Of a DNA stretch of 64,000 bases, positions 39,051 through 52,124 are shown piece after piece; positions within the stretch are counted from its first letter, which is position 1, and every line of letters starts with the position of its first letter. The translations under genes were made by a program, and so were the position numbers. Source of the stretch: Octopus vulgaris (Eukaryota). The notes under the pieces are model-generated. The model did not search any database, had not been told where the DNA came from, and saw only the letters and a list, made by a program, of their open reading frames with translations. The stretch covers positions 9,548,001 to 9,612,000 of the forward strand of contig OX597839.1 in the NCBI GenBank assembly GCA_951406725.2, read 5' to 3'.

Positions 39051-39476
39051 AGGCGCAGGAGCGGCTGTGTGGTAAGTAGCTTGCTAACCAACCACATGGT
39101 TCCGGGTTCAGTCCCACTGCGTGGCATCTTGGGCAACTGTCTTCTGCTATAGCCCCGTGCCGACTAATGCCTTGTGAGTGGATTTGGTAGACGGAAACTG
39201 AAAGAAGCCTGTCGTATATATGTTATATATATATATAAGTGTGTGTGTATATGTTTGTGTGTCTGTGTTTGTCCCCCTAGCATTGCTTGACAACCGATGC
39301 TGGTGTGTTTATGTCCCTGTTACTTAGCGGTTCGGCAAAAGAGACCGATAGAATAAGTACTGGGCTTACAAAAAGAATAAGTCCCGGGGTCGAGTTGCTC
39401 GACTAAAGGCGGTTCTCCAGCATGGCCACAGTCAAATGACTGAAACAAGTAAAAGAGTAAAAGAGAGAGTAAAGAG
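39051..39476 (+). mobile_element. tRNA-derived SINE family 1, full-length. Other copies approx. 1-147, 3225-3658, 7992-8396, 9500-10220, 17645-18050, 30220-30550, 32214-32607, 54610-54770, 59865-60260, 62825-63226
   Basis: A box GGCTGTGTGGTAAG, B box GGTTCAGTCCC, internal (TA/TG)n, (AAAGAGT)n tail; many near-identical copies in the window. Confidence 0.85.
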
Positions 39477-39574
39477 TTATTTCTTTTCTTTGACTTTCAA
39501 AGAGATATTCACATCAGTAGGACAGCTGACCTCTATGACGGTACATAATTTTTCTTGTCTATATTGTTATTAGA

Positions 39575-40005
39575 ATGAGGGTTGGCTGAAAAGTTCATAC
39601 GAGGATCAAGATACTCTCATGGAATGTGACCTATGAGACTTATTTTTCAACATGGTTTTCCTTGTGGTTCACACACTTCTTCCATCAATGTTGCAATGTT
39701 TAGATCCCATTTAGAAAGAAGTCAACAAAATTGATATGATGTCATCGTCACTGCTATAGCCAAGTTGTTTTTTCCTGTTGGGGAAGAGATAATAATCAGA
39801 TGGAGCCAAATCAAGTGGATACGGACGGTAATCAATCTGTTCAAAGCAAGTCACAGACAGCTGCCATTGAAGCAAAGGATTTATAGACTGAAGCATTGTC
39901 CTGATGAAACAAGACCCCTTTTGTCAGTTTTCCAAAGTGTTGATAGCCTTTTGTAACTGCCTCAGCAAGTTGGCATAGTACTCTCCACTGATGGTGTGAT
40001 CCTAT
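39575..40005 (-). mobile_element. Mariner relic
   Basis: PYPLDLAPSDYYLFPN corresponds to the YSPDLAPSDY motif; TIR GAGGGTTGGCTGAAAAGTTC. Confidence 0.7.
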
Positions 40006-40402
40006 CTCGTATTTTTGCGATTAAAATTTTTTCATCTTCCCCGCTTCTTCATAAATTTTAAAATTTCGATACCTTTTTAAAACTCTTTTTTCATTTTTGA
40101 TAATAGTTTTAAAATATTGACAGTCCGAATATGCCATTTCTTTCATCATCATCATCATCATCATCGTTTAATGTCCGCTTTCCATGCTAGCATGAGTTGG
40201 ACGTGTGACTGAGGGCTAGTCAACCAGATGGCTGCACCCGGCTTCAGTCTTGATCTGGCGGAGTTTCTACAGCTGGATGCCCTTCCTAACGCCAACCACT
40301 CCGAGAGTGTAGCACCTTGGGCAAGTGTCTTCTACTACAGCCTCAGGCCGTCCAAAGCCTTGTGAGTGGATTTAGTAGACAGAAAATGAAAGAAGCCCAT
40401 CG

Positions 40403-40459
<57 letters not shown>

Positions 40460-40487
40460 CTTTATTTAAAGCAGCAGAAAATTCAAC

Positions 40488-40534
40488 AAAACCTGTTACT
40501 CTGAGTTTCACGTTGCTGTTCATCGGACAGTTTT
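40488..40534 (-). ncRNA. Hammerhead ribozyme fold (left arm of palindrome, core CCGAUGA)
   Basis: Reverse complement reads AAAACTGTCCGATGAACAGCAACGTGAAACTCAGAGTAACAGGTTTT. Confidence 0.5.
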
Positions 40535-40570
40535 TGCTAGAATAGAACCGATATCGGTTCTATTCTAGCA

Positions 40571-40617
40571 AAAACTGTCTGATGAACAGCAACGTGAAAC
40601 TTAGAGTAACAGGTTTT
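40571..40617 (+). ncRNA. Type I hammerhead ribozyme fold (right arm of palindrome)
   Basis: AAAACUGU-CUGAUGA-AC(AGCAAC)GU-GAAA-CU(UAG)AG-UA-ACAG(G)UUUU. Confidence 0.6.
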
Positions 40618-41757
40618 GCTGAATTTTCTTCTGCTTTAAATAAAGCATATTACTCTACCACTGGTATTTGAGTACTCTTTTTTCCACCTTTTTTCACATT
40701 TATGTGTTTACTCCGGTATATATATATATGTGTGTGTATATGTTTGTGTGTGTGTCCCCCACAAGATCGCTTGACAACCGATGCTGGTGTGTTTACGTCT
40801 CCGTAACTTTGCGGTTGGTTTGGCAAAAGAGACCGATAGAATAAGTACTAGGCTTACAGAAAATAAGTCCTGGGGTCAATTTGCTCGACTAAAGGCAGTG
40901 CTCCAGCATAGCCACAGTCAGATGACTGAAACAAGTAAAAAAAGTTAAAGAGTATAGTTGTTTAAGGTGGCAAGCTGGCAGAATCGTTAGCATGCTGGAC
41001 AATATGCTTAGCAGCATTTCATCCAGCCTTGCGTTCTGAGTTCAAATTCCACCAAGGTCAACTTTGCCTTTCATCCCTTTCAGAGTCAATAAAATAAATA
41101 TCTATTTCTTTATTGCCCACAAGGGTCTAAACATGGAGGGGACAAACAAGGGATTAAGTCGATTATATAGATCCAGTGTGTAACTGGTACTTATTTAATC
41201 GACCCCTAAAGGATGAAAGGCAAAGTCGACCTTGGCGGAATTTGAACTCAGGACGTAACGGCAGACAAAATATCGCTAAAATAAATATCAGGAGAACACT
41301 AGGGTCATGTTACTTACCCCTACCCCGTTCCCTCGAAATTGCTGGCCTTGTGCCAAATTTTGAAACCATTGTTCTTGTAGGTTGTGGTGGTGTGTTAGGA
41401 ATAGTGGTGATGATGACGTGATAATGATGATGATAATGGTAAAGGAGTTGGGGAGAGAGGGTTGTGGTGATGACAATGGTGTTGGTAGTGTGGTAGTGTG
41501 ATACATAATACTGCTTTTGTTGTTGTTGTTGTTATGGTGGAGGTCCTCACACTGGAGTGAGTGTATTGTTAAGAATTGGAGGGAGATGGTGACAGCAGAA
41601 GCAATATAAATAAGTTAATGGGAAGTCAGTCATGAGTCAGTCTCATACACTTGATACAAACCCTGCCCCCTTGATAGTGGGGATAGGGTTAAGTAACAAT
41701 CCACTGTCTCTGTATCTGTCCATCTCCACCACCCCAGACACCAAACATTTACGGCCA

Positions 41758-41818
<61 letters not shown>

Positions 41819-42607
41819 TATGTGGTTTGTGGGGTCAACCTCGTCCTCCGATTCATTTTTTGTTAATCACTCATTCTCATGACCTCCCTTTGCAAATACC
41901 ATAAGGGCACAGAAAGTGTGCCTAAAGCCAGCTGGAGACGATGATCTCCTGGGGCTAAAAGCTACAGTAACACCCACCCTTAGTGGTTAGCCATATTGAG
42001 ATGGCTAGTATACTTTACGTTCTCATTTAATTGTATGTATTTTAATTGTCTGTTTATTCATACGTTTCGTCTCATTCGATACCCTGACCCCCAACGTTTG
42101 TTTTGTCTGTCCCCCGTATTGTCCCCTCTTTTTCTTACTCAACCTTATAGTGAATAAAGAAATACTCTCTCTCTCTCTCTTCCCATCTTTCTCTCTTTGA
42201 GTAATGATCCCTACCAAGGGACACATAGGATCCAGCAGGAGAAGAAGCGGGAGGGAAGAAAACAAAGGGAATTGATTTGTCATCAAAACGTGTGGGCATG
42301 TTTTGATAACTACTACTACTATTACTACTTACTACTGCTATTATTGCTACAACTACTACTATCACTCCTACTGCTGTCATTGGCACCACTACCAGCATCG
42401 CTACTAATGCTGCTTTTGTTTCTCTCTCAGGTGTCTGCTAATTCATTTTAAACATTATCCCTAGGCAGATTGGTAAATGTAAGTTATTTCCCCTTATATA
42501 AACAACAGACCGTAAAATTTCACCCTTAAAATAGACTTTCTTAACCTCTTATCTCTATTTCTTCCCTTTACTAGTCCACCATCCTGATTCCTACCTCCTG
42601 GCACATA

Positions 42608-43470
42608 CAGCGGTTGGACAAAATAATGGAAGCACCTTAAAGTTTCAAACGAATTTATTTTAATATAGGGTAGAGCCACCTTTGGCAATAATTACAGCTT
42701 GAATTCTACGAGGTATGGACACGTACAAAGTTTGAATTGTTTCCAAAGGAATTTTTGTCCATTCTTCAGCTAAAACAGTCTCCAGTTCTTGCAGTGTTGA
42801 TGGTGGAGGATATCGACTCCTTACTTGTTTTTCTAAAATGCACCATAAATGTTCAATAACATTGAGATCTGGGGACTGTGGTGGCCTGATAAGATGTTCA
42901 ACTTCTCTAGAATGTTCCTCGTGCCATTCGGTAACAACTTTAGCTGTGTGAATTGGTGCATTATCATCCTGAAATATTGCGTTTCCCTCCAGAAACAGTT
43001 CCACAACCATAGGATGAATTTGATCAGATAAAATGCTTAAAAAGTCTTGACTATTAATTCTGCCATGTAGGGAAACCATTGGGCCAGCGGATTTCCAAGC
43101 TATAGCCCGCCAGATATCACAAATCCTCCTCCATGTTTAACAGTTGGAAGAAGACAGTCTGGGTCAAATGCTTCTTTTGGCTGTCTCCACACGTATACTC
43201 GGCCAGTGGTCAGAAATAAGGTAAGGGATGACTCGTCTGAGAAAATAACATTCTTCCACTGTTCTAGGGACCAATTCTGTCGGTTTTGACTCTACTCTAA
43301 ACGCTTTGCAACGTTTGTTTTTGAAAGTAGTGGTTTTCTGATTGCAGCCCTCCCATTAAATCTGGCTTTGTACAGCTCCCAATGAACGGTTTTTGTGGAA
43401 ACTGGATTCTCGAGGTGGTCATTAAGCTCTGCAGTAATTTTAGGAGCTGTACTTTTGTGATCCTTTCTAA
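42608..43470 (-). mobile_element. Tc1-like transposon relic (DDE transposase C-terminal part)
   Basis: ORF 42660-43079 contains FQDDNAPIHT and PPQSPDLNVIEHLW; TA-CAG TIR end at 42606-42635; the other end is interrupted by a SINE and the gap. Confidence 0.85.
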
Positions 43471-43609
43471 CAATTCACTTAATTCAGTCATTTGACTGTG
43501 GCCATGCTGGAGCACCGCCTTTAGTCGAGCAAATCGAACCTAGGACTTATTCTTTGTAAGCCTTGTACTTATTCTATTGGTCTCTTTTGCCGAACACACC
43601 AGCATCAGT

Positions 43610-43709
43610 NNNNNNNNNNNNNNNNNNNNNNNNNNNNNNNNNNNNNNNNNNNNNNNNNNNNNNNNNNNNNNNNNNNNNNNNNNNNNNNNNNNNNNNNNNN
43701 NNNNNNNNN
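43610..43709. other. Assembly gap (100 N)
   Basis: Exactly 100 N, with a truncated SINE on the left and a truncated Merlin-like MITE on the right. Confidence 0.99.
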
Positions 43710-44336
43710 AAACACATTCACCAGTATACGAAGTTTAAAATTTTTTAGTTACCTAGAAATTATGTTAAAAATTGCCGTTCAAACCGAAAAGATCCAAGTA
43801 TTGCATGGGGTGTGCTGGGACTTACACCAATATATAACACAGAAATTAACAAAATAGATACAATACACACATATTAAATAGGGTACTGCGAATACAATAC
43901 AAAAAAAAAAAGAAAGACAAAACACTGCAAGTACCCAAGGTACACGGAACTGTGAATGAAAATAAAACAACAAAATTACTGAACAATTTCTAATGTAGAT
44001 GCAAATCTAGCATTTTTTTTGAGGAGAGAGAGAGTTAGTAAATTTTATTGACCTCAAAAGGCTAAAAGGATTTGAACTTGGAATATAAAGAACCAGAAAC
44101 CAACAGCAACAAAGGTAAGAAAACACAAATTTTAGGGGTTAGTGAGAACGCTCCATTAAGTTGGCCCTGGAGGGAATTAAAGGGACTTGGATGTAACTTA
44201 CTGAAAAACATTAGGTATTACCAATTAATAAAAAAAAAATTACTAAAGAAAAACAAAATGAAAAGAATGGGCCCAAATTTAACTTCATCTTTTAAATTAG
44301 CCAGGTTAGATTAGAACCAGGAAGCATTTTCCTTAC

Positions 44337-44435
44337 CTCTTTATCATCTTTGCCACCAGACTCACTGAGATCTGCCAGTTCACGCTCCAGTCGTTCAATC
44401 TTCTCATTGCTCAGCTCATTGTCCATCTTCAGCTT
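44337..44435 (-). CDS. MYO18A: Myosin-18 tail exon (last one found)
   Basis: 99 nt, tgcag/gtaag. Encodes KLKMDNELSNEKIERLERELADLSESGGKDDKE. Confidence 0.85.
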
Positions 44436-45569
44436 CTGCAAAAAGATGACAAGTTCAAATCTCAGTTAAGTCTTCTGTTTCTTAAGGGCTGCACAGCAAC
44501 TCAAGAGAAAACGAAGACATTTACTATAGCTGTGAACATTCTGGAAAAAGAAAGTGCTTATGTGTGTGTGTGTCTGTGTGTGTTTAAGCGGGGAAATAAA
44601 CAAGAGAATCTAAAGTACAAAATTTACCAAAAAAAAAACAGTAAAAAATAAAATAAATAAAATCAGATGAAAAAAAAAGGAAATAAGATGAAATAAGAAA
44701 CAAAATAATGAAAATGTAGAAGAAAAAAAAGGAAAAGAAAAAGAAGTTAGTTAAAGTAGTAGTTGTTGTTGTTGTCGTCTCACCTGGTTTCCAGTCATGA
44801 TTAGATGGTGAGCTGGGGGGTAAAAAAGACACTACTGCAATGGTAAATTGCTTCCTTCATTAGCAACAGAATGGAGCAGAGCAGTGTAGTGTAGTGTAGG
44901 CTACAGTACTACCAGTGTCTTGTAGAACCCAGTGTAGTAGTAGTGCTATGTAGAGAAGTATGAAGGACCCATGAGAGGATCTAGGAGTTGGACATGAACT
45001 ACCAAGAGAAAATAGTTACATACGACTGTGCTGTGCGTTACGAAAAAAGCATTGAGTTTAGTTACAACTATCACTAGTGTCTGTTGTATAGGTGGTTGTG
45101 GTGATGGTGTGGTGGTGGTGGTGGTAGTCGGAGGTTATAGCAATGGTGGCAGTAACAGTAATTTAGTTGCGGGGTGGCGAGGGCGATGTGAGAAAACTAA
45201 CAGTAGAATTAGTGGTGGTGGAAAGGCTTGTGGTGATAGTAGTAGTGTTGGTGGTAGTAATAGTAATAGTAGTAGTGGTGGTGGTGGTGGTGGTGGTGGC
45301 AGTGGTGTTGGTTGTAACAATGGTATGGTGTGGCAGATGAGGTGGAAATAAAAGCAGCAGCAGTAGCAGCAACAGTAGTAATGGTAGTGGTGGTGGTGGT
45401 GAGCTGGTGGCAGATTGTATGAGAGAGTGGTGGTGGTAGTGGGGGCGATGGCAGAAGATTATCTGTTTGACACACTGGCATATACACGCTGACATATACA
45501 TACATACTCTTATGAGTGTATGTGTGTGCATATGTCAGTTTGTATGTGTGTATGTGTATATATATATAT

Positions 45570-45612
<43 letters not shown>

Positions 45613-47739
45613 ATATATGTTTGTTCATTTTTTTCTTTTCATTTACTATACATCTTTTCAATAATTAAGTAATGGAACACAATGCACCCTGGCTTATATA
45701 TATATATAAATATATATATATAAATATATATATATATTTATATATTTATACATACACACTGACATATGCACACAGACACATACATACATACATACATACA
45801 TATATACTCATATAATACACAGTACCTAAAATCTAAAAACACATATGCTCACAAACCAATGAAGGAACCTATATGTGGTTGTTTGAACTACTAGAAATAG
45901 CAACCAAATCTTCCTCAAATTACACCCCACAGTTAAAAAAAAAACGAAAAGAGACCGTAAATAATCCAGTCCTAGATATGTGGGATTGAAAACTGAAAAA
46001 GACTGGGCAGTTATTTCTGGAATGGCTTCTGATCATAAACCTGATGGACCAGAGTTGGTCTAGGGTTAATCAACAACATTTCATCAGTAATGACAAGTTC
46101 AGCTTCAAGTTGATGAGAAACTAAATTGTGGTGGTGATGGTAGTGGTAGCAGTGGTGTTGTGGGTGTGGTCGTCTTTGGCCCCAGGTCACTTCTGATCAA
46201 GCAGGCCTAAGATCAAAGGCATTCCAACCTTGAGAATCTTGTCTTTGTATCTCTGGGATTAAATTAAATCGTTTTTTTTCAGTAACGGAGAGATTTAAAG
46301 AAAACATGACTGCTATTTCTATTAGGTTGAGGCTGATAGAATGTGGGCCACAGAGAACAATGTTGGAGATTTGTTGAATCCTCCCGTCTTCATCTTGTGC
46401 CAGACCTCAGTGATTATGGACCTACACCTGTTCCATACACACTTTAGCACATTATTAGGTTAGTCTTTCTGCTGCCAGTTTGTAAGGCCTTTGAATACCT
46501 TATCTCTCTCTCTTTCTTCCTGAGAAACCTTATTAACTGATCAAGGCTTTGTCTTTTCATATGATGTCCAATCAACTTGGCCTGCTGCTCCTTACTGCTT
46601 CACCATTTAAACCGGTCATCATCATCATCATCATCATATAGCTTACACCTGAAGCACATTGATGACTCTACAGCAAAAGTCTTCCTGATAAAGCTAAGTT
46701 CTCCAGCTGCCTTGCTACTCTTGTCCAACCAGCTCTTGATATTGGCCATGTATTGTGTCCTTTGCCTGCCTCTTGATCTACTGCCCTCTACTCTTCCTTC
46801 CATGAGAATGTTTCCCAAACCTCTGCTTCTTTGAATATGGCCATAATAGAGGAGCTTTTATTCTTTCATAATCTTCAGAAGTTGTCACATACTTGTAACA
46901 GCCATTCATTTGTCCAATGAAGCTGGCCATATCTGGCCCAAATGGTCTATTGTAATGTCAGATCCAATCTCTCAGATTCACCTATAAAAATAATAAACGC
47001 ACCCTTTTTAAAGCCTAGCCAGGCTCATGGGCCCGGTTTCCCAGTTTCTATGGCTTATGTGTTTCCTAGCTGGACGGGGTGCCAGTCCATCGCAGCGTTA
47101 CTCATTTTTGCCAGCTGAGTGGACTGGAGCAATGCTCAAGAACACAATGCGTCACCCGGTCCAGGAATCAAAACCACAATCTTACAATCATGGAGCTAAC
47201 ACCCTAACCACTAAGGTTAAGGCTCATTGCAGTGGGCATAGATGAAACAGGAAGTCACAAACTAAGAGCTGGTTCCTGCTGGTTGTAAGATCAAACACCC
47301 TGGAAAGTTAACGGTCAATATAGGGGGTATAGACGACAGGCATTTGTCAAAGCAGTAGTAGACTGATAAAAAAATGGACACAAATGGACCTAGTGTCAAT
47401 GGTGAACTCAGGAAAAGTGGCGATAATAGAAACATTTAGAAATTAATGTCCACAAAAAGCTGTGGAGATGGTAAAGATGGTGGTAGGAATGTTAGAGGTG
47501 ATGATGATGGTGAAGGTAGTAGTGGTGATGAGGAAGGTAATGATAGTGGAGGCAGTAGTAGCGATAGTGGTGAGAGTGATTATGGTGGTGGAGGTGGTGG
47601 TGTTGGAGATGACAGACATGGTGGAGGAAATGGAGGTGATGTTGGCTGTTGTTATGTGTAAGCCAAAGTCTACCAGTCATTCTTGCTGTTCACTCAAGTG
47701 ATAAACTGAACCACTGACTAACTTAATCTCTGTCATCAG

Positions 47740-47768
47740 CTCTCTCTCTCTCTCTCTACTCGTGAGTG

Positions 47769-47802
<34 letters not shown>

Positions 47803-47831
47803 TATATATACATATATACATATACATACAT

Positions 47832-47900
<69 letters not shown>

Positions 47901-48243
47901 CATATATATATACATATATATACATATATATATATATATACATACACATACATACATACATATATATATATACACATACATACATATATACACATACATA
48001 CATATATACACATACATACATATATACACATACATACATATATACACATACATACATATACACATACATACATATATATACACATACATACATACATATA
48101 TATATATATGTATATATATATACATACACACACACACACACATACATACATACACATATATTCATGCACATATAAATATATACACAGACATGTACATATA
48201 TATACACAAATATAAGCATATACGCACATACATATATATACAT
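47740..48243. repeat. Compound (TA)n/(CA)n/(TACA)n microsatellite
   Basis: Seen directly; it generates the spurious Y/I/H/T-rich ORFs. Confidence 0.95.
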
Positions 48244-51045
48244 AGTGTTTATGCTAATTTTAACGATTTTTTTTTAATGTCTCCTTTTTTTCAGGAACAG
48301 CTTGATGTATCAGTGAACGGGCAACGGCATTGGAGAGAATACAGATTGAAGTTGTAGTAGGACTGGAAGCTATCTGAATATTGGCAAAGAGTGAGCACTG
48401 TAAAAGCTGGAAGAGGTAACATGGACAGTTGCAGCAGAAACTATGAAGCTGTACCGAGCAGGAAAGGACACAGCAGGTATTCTAACTGCACCAGGCTCCA
48501 GTCTGATCTGGCAGTGTTTCTACGGCTTGATGCCCTTCCTAATGCCAACCACTCCGTGAGTGTAGTGGGTGCTTTTTACACGCCACCGGCACAAGTGCCA
48601 GGCAAGGCTGGCAACGGCCACGATTGGATTGGTGTTTTTTACGTGCCACCAGCACGGAAGCCAGTCAAGGCAGCGCTGGCATAGCAATATTATATCTGTA
48701 TATCATGATTTTGCCTACAAAGATAGGTATAGACATGTTCCAGAAAACAGCGATAACAGACTTTAAATATTAACTATTGAATTAAGGAGATTATGGTAAC
48801 TATCACAATCTCACGGATCTGATGATCAATGAAAGGTACGGGCACAACTGTGTGGTCTTGTGGGTGTGTAATGCATAGCCACCCAAACTCATCACCCTTT
48901 ATTGTTCGTCTTCCATGCTGGTATGTGTTGGACAAATTTACGGGATCTGACAAACTGGTGGACTGCACCAAGCTCAAATTTCTGCTGTGGCATGATTTCA
49001 ATGGCATTTCCTAAGCCAACAAATTTACAGTGTACTGGGTGCTTTTTTCATGGGTATATAGAATTACCCGAAGTGTACACACATATGGGTATGTAGAATT
49101 ATTCATGGTGTACGAAGAGTATATTGTTACTTATACTATAGCAAAGTTTGTAGGTATATAGTGTATTAAAGTTATCTACTCATATTACAGACATGGCTAT
49201 GGGCTTATTAAAGATAGTTTAGCATATATGCTCTTGAAGTTGATTGATGTGTGTGTTTGTGTGTGTGTGTGTTTGTGTGTGTGTGCATGTGTGTGTGTGT
49301 ATGTAAAGAATAGTCACTTAAAAATTATGAGGTCCCAGATGAAATCCCACCGAATGGCATCTTGAGCAAGTGTCTTTTAAACAAGGATTCTGGCTGATCT
49401 AAGCTTTGTTGGTGAAACGGGGTCAAGGGAAACTGTGCAGAAACCTGCCACATAGACTCTAACCGTAATCTGAAGGGTTAGTCCAGTCAAATACTGTGTC
49501 ATGCTGATTCCGTGTGAGAATTAATATAAAGGGTACGTATGTCTGTGGGATACACAGCTGCTTACATTAGAATACAAGAGGGAAGATGTCTGTAATTCAA
49601 AGAACTAACCTTGTCACACAATGAATGCTTCTGAGGATTATATTATGCTATGTTTCTGCGGAATACTGAGTTATTTACATGTTGATACAATGAGAATGGA
49701 TTTCAGTTGATTGAACTGTTTGCAATAGTATCTGTGAAGCCAATGAAGAATTTCAGGTGTGTGTATGCGTGAGAGAGAGAGAGAGAAGAATTACAGAATT
49801 ACTATACACAAACATGCAATTCATGTGTTAGTTTGTGTATGGTGTGTGTATATCTATGTGTGGGGGAAATTTTAGCTAGGTTAGGTAAGTATGTGTGCAT
49901 GTATGTATGTATGTATGTATGTATGTATGTATGTATGTATGTATGTGTGTACATATACAAACAAATGTGACATGTAAATTGACAGTCATCTCCAGATTTA
50001 CCAAATTCACCAAGCTGTGAGAGAGAGAGAGGGGGAAGAGAGAGGGAGAGAGAGGAAGAGAGAGAGAGAGAGAGGATAAGAGAGATTTTATTCACCAAGC
50101 TGTGAGAGAGAGAAAGAGAGAGGGTGGGGGAGAGAAAGAGAGGATAAGAAAGATTTTAAGATTACAGTTCTACTCTTTTGTATTCTAATCACAGAGCAAT
50201 CATTAATTAGCGCTGTGAGAAATTAGTCTTAACCAACAGTTTCCTATTAGCTAATTTCAATGAAAATGAACAACCAAGACAACCAAATGTCCAACCAATG
50301 ACACTTTTGGTGCCAATGTGTGAGACAATGATAAGATAAAATCCGAAATCAAAGAATAATTGTCCACCAAGCTATTGCGTCAATGAAGGCCTTATCGCTC
50401 TTTCTCTATCCGACTTCTCCTTCCTCTCTTTGATATGATAGTACATAGGTTTATATTTGGCTAAAGAGAAGCATGAATGGAATCAGCTGAGCCATGTTAT
50501 GTTAAGATACAAGTGGGTGGGTGGGTGGTATTAAGCAGAATGAAAGAGAGTCTCTTAACCCTCCACTGAGCTGAGTAAATAATTCCATAACGAAGATAGC
50601 CAAATTAATCGTCGTGTTTGAAACATAACAGAAAGGCTTTCCCATGAAATTTTGATGGAATGTTTTAATTTGAATATGAATATTTTACAAAGAGGAACTG
50701 TTGCTTCATAAATTCATAAAATTAAGAGGTGGTGGTCTCAGGTGGGTTGGTATGAAAAGAAGTATTGAGAGACTGCATAACGGTGTGGATAAACTTATAT
50801 GATGAAAAAAGTGAGAGTCTGTAACCTTGGCAATAATACTTTTTTACTTGTTTCAGTCATTTGACTGTGGCCATGCTGGAGCACCGCCTTTAGTCGAGCA
50901 ACCCAGGACTTATTCTTTGGAAGCCTAGTACTTAATCTATCAATCTCTTTTGCTGAACCGCTAAGTTACACAGACACCAGCATCGATAACTTCAGTGTCA
51001 AATGTGTGTGTATACACATATACACACACATATATACACACATTA

Positions 51046-51096
<51 letters not shown>

Positions 51097-51220
51097 AGAT
51101 GGACACATAAACAGCAGACAGACTGACTGAGCTAGCAGTACAAAGTTAAAACTAACAATGGCATATTTACAATATTGTGTGAGTTTTAGAAACTCACAAA
51201 TAGACACAAATGGAGCTTAC

Positions 51221-51344
51221 ACTATTGGCTTGTTCCATGGAATACTTAAGGGCCTGGAGTTCTTCCTTTTCCCTCAGTAGCTTTTCTCTGAGAGATCGCT
51301 CTTCACGACACTCTTGCTGGGACATGTTTAGTTCACTGTCAAAC
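51221..51344 (-). CDS. MYO18A: Myosin-18 tail exon
   Basis: 124 nt, ctag/gtaagc. Encodes FDSELNMSQQECREERSLREKLLREKEELQALKYSMEQANS. Confidence 0.9.
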
Positions 51345-51506
51345 CTAGATAGAGGAAGAAACATACACATATATATATATATATATATAAATATACAGGA
51401 GTAAAAAATTGCACAGAAGGATGATAAAGGAACCCATGGAAAAATCACATACAAGACAAGAACGCACTTATCCCTTATATTGGCCAAAAATAACATTTTC
51501 ACAACA

Positions 51507-51562
<56 letters not shown>

Positions 51563-51970
51563 GGTACTGTAAATTTAGGGTGAATTCTTGATAAGTGAAA
51601 GCACCTGTATATGCCAGATAGTGGCAGAGGTGAGAGGGTATATATCAAATAAAATCAAAAACATGAAAAAATCCATTGTGTTCTGTTTTTGATTTTATTT
51701 GATACATATATATAATATAATATAAATAATATATAATTATATGCATATATACATACATATATGTATATACCTACATATATATGTATATATACATGCATAT
51801 ATGGGTACAGGACATTAAAATAACGTGGATACAATGAGGAATGAAAACATAAAAACAAAAACATAGAAAATTAACTTTTTTCGAACAAAGAAAAAAACAA
51901 ACAGAGAACGAAGACATGCAACATAAAGAACATTCCCTTCATCAGTTGTCCCTGTTTCATCTCCGCATTT

Positions 51971-52012
<42 letters not shown>

Positions 52013-52124
52013 CACACACAACACAAAGAAAGAGAAATTTTTTTGGTATTATTCATTCTCTAGTACGTGTTTCATTTTCTAGTAGGAATTACAAAGATGT
52101 TAGAAAGACATGTAAGGAATTTAC

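Larger units (their letters stand above)
40460..40645. repeat. 186-bp near-perfect, spacer-less palindrome
   Basis: Arms are reverse complements centred on GATATC at 40550-40555, with a few mismatches. Confidence 0.95.

Noticed and set aside
47677-48243. Long ORFs in several frames (up to 188 aa)
   Set aside because: They are translations of TA/CA microsatellites. The same applies to ORFs at 23885-24929, 45028-45664 and 55901-56163.
48295-48415. Plus-strand exon-like segment (ttttcag...GAG|gtaac) antisense to myosin-18
   Set aside because: All three frames contain stops and I found no partner exons. It cannot be supported without RNA data.
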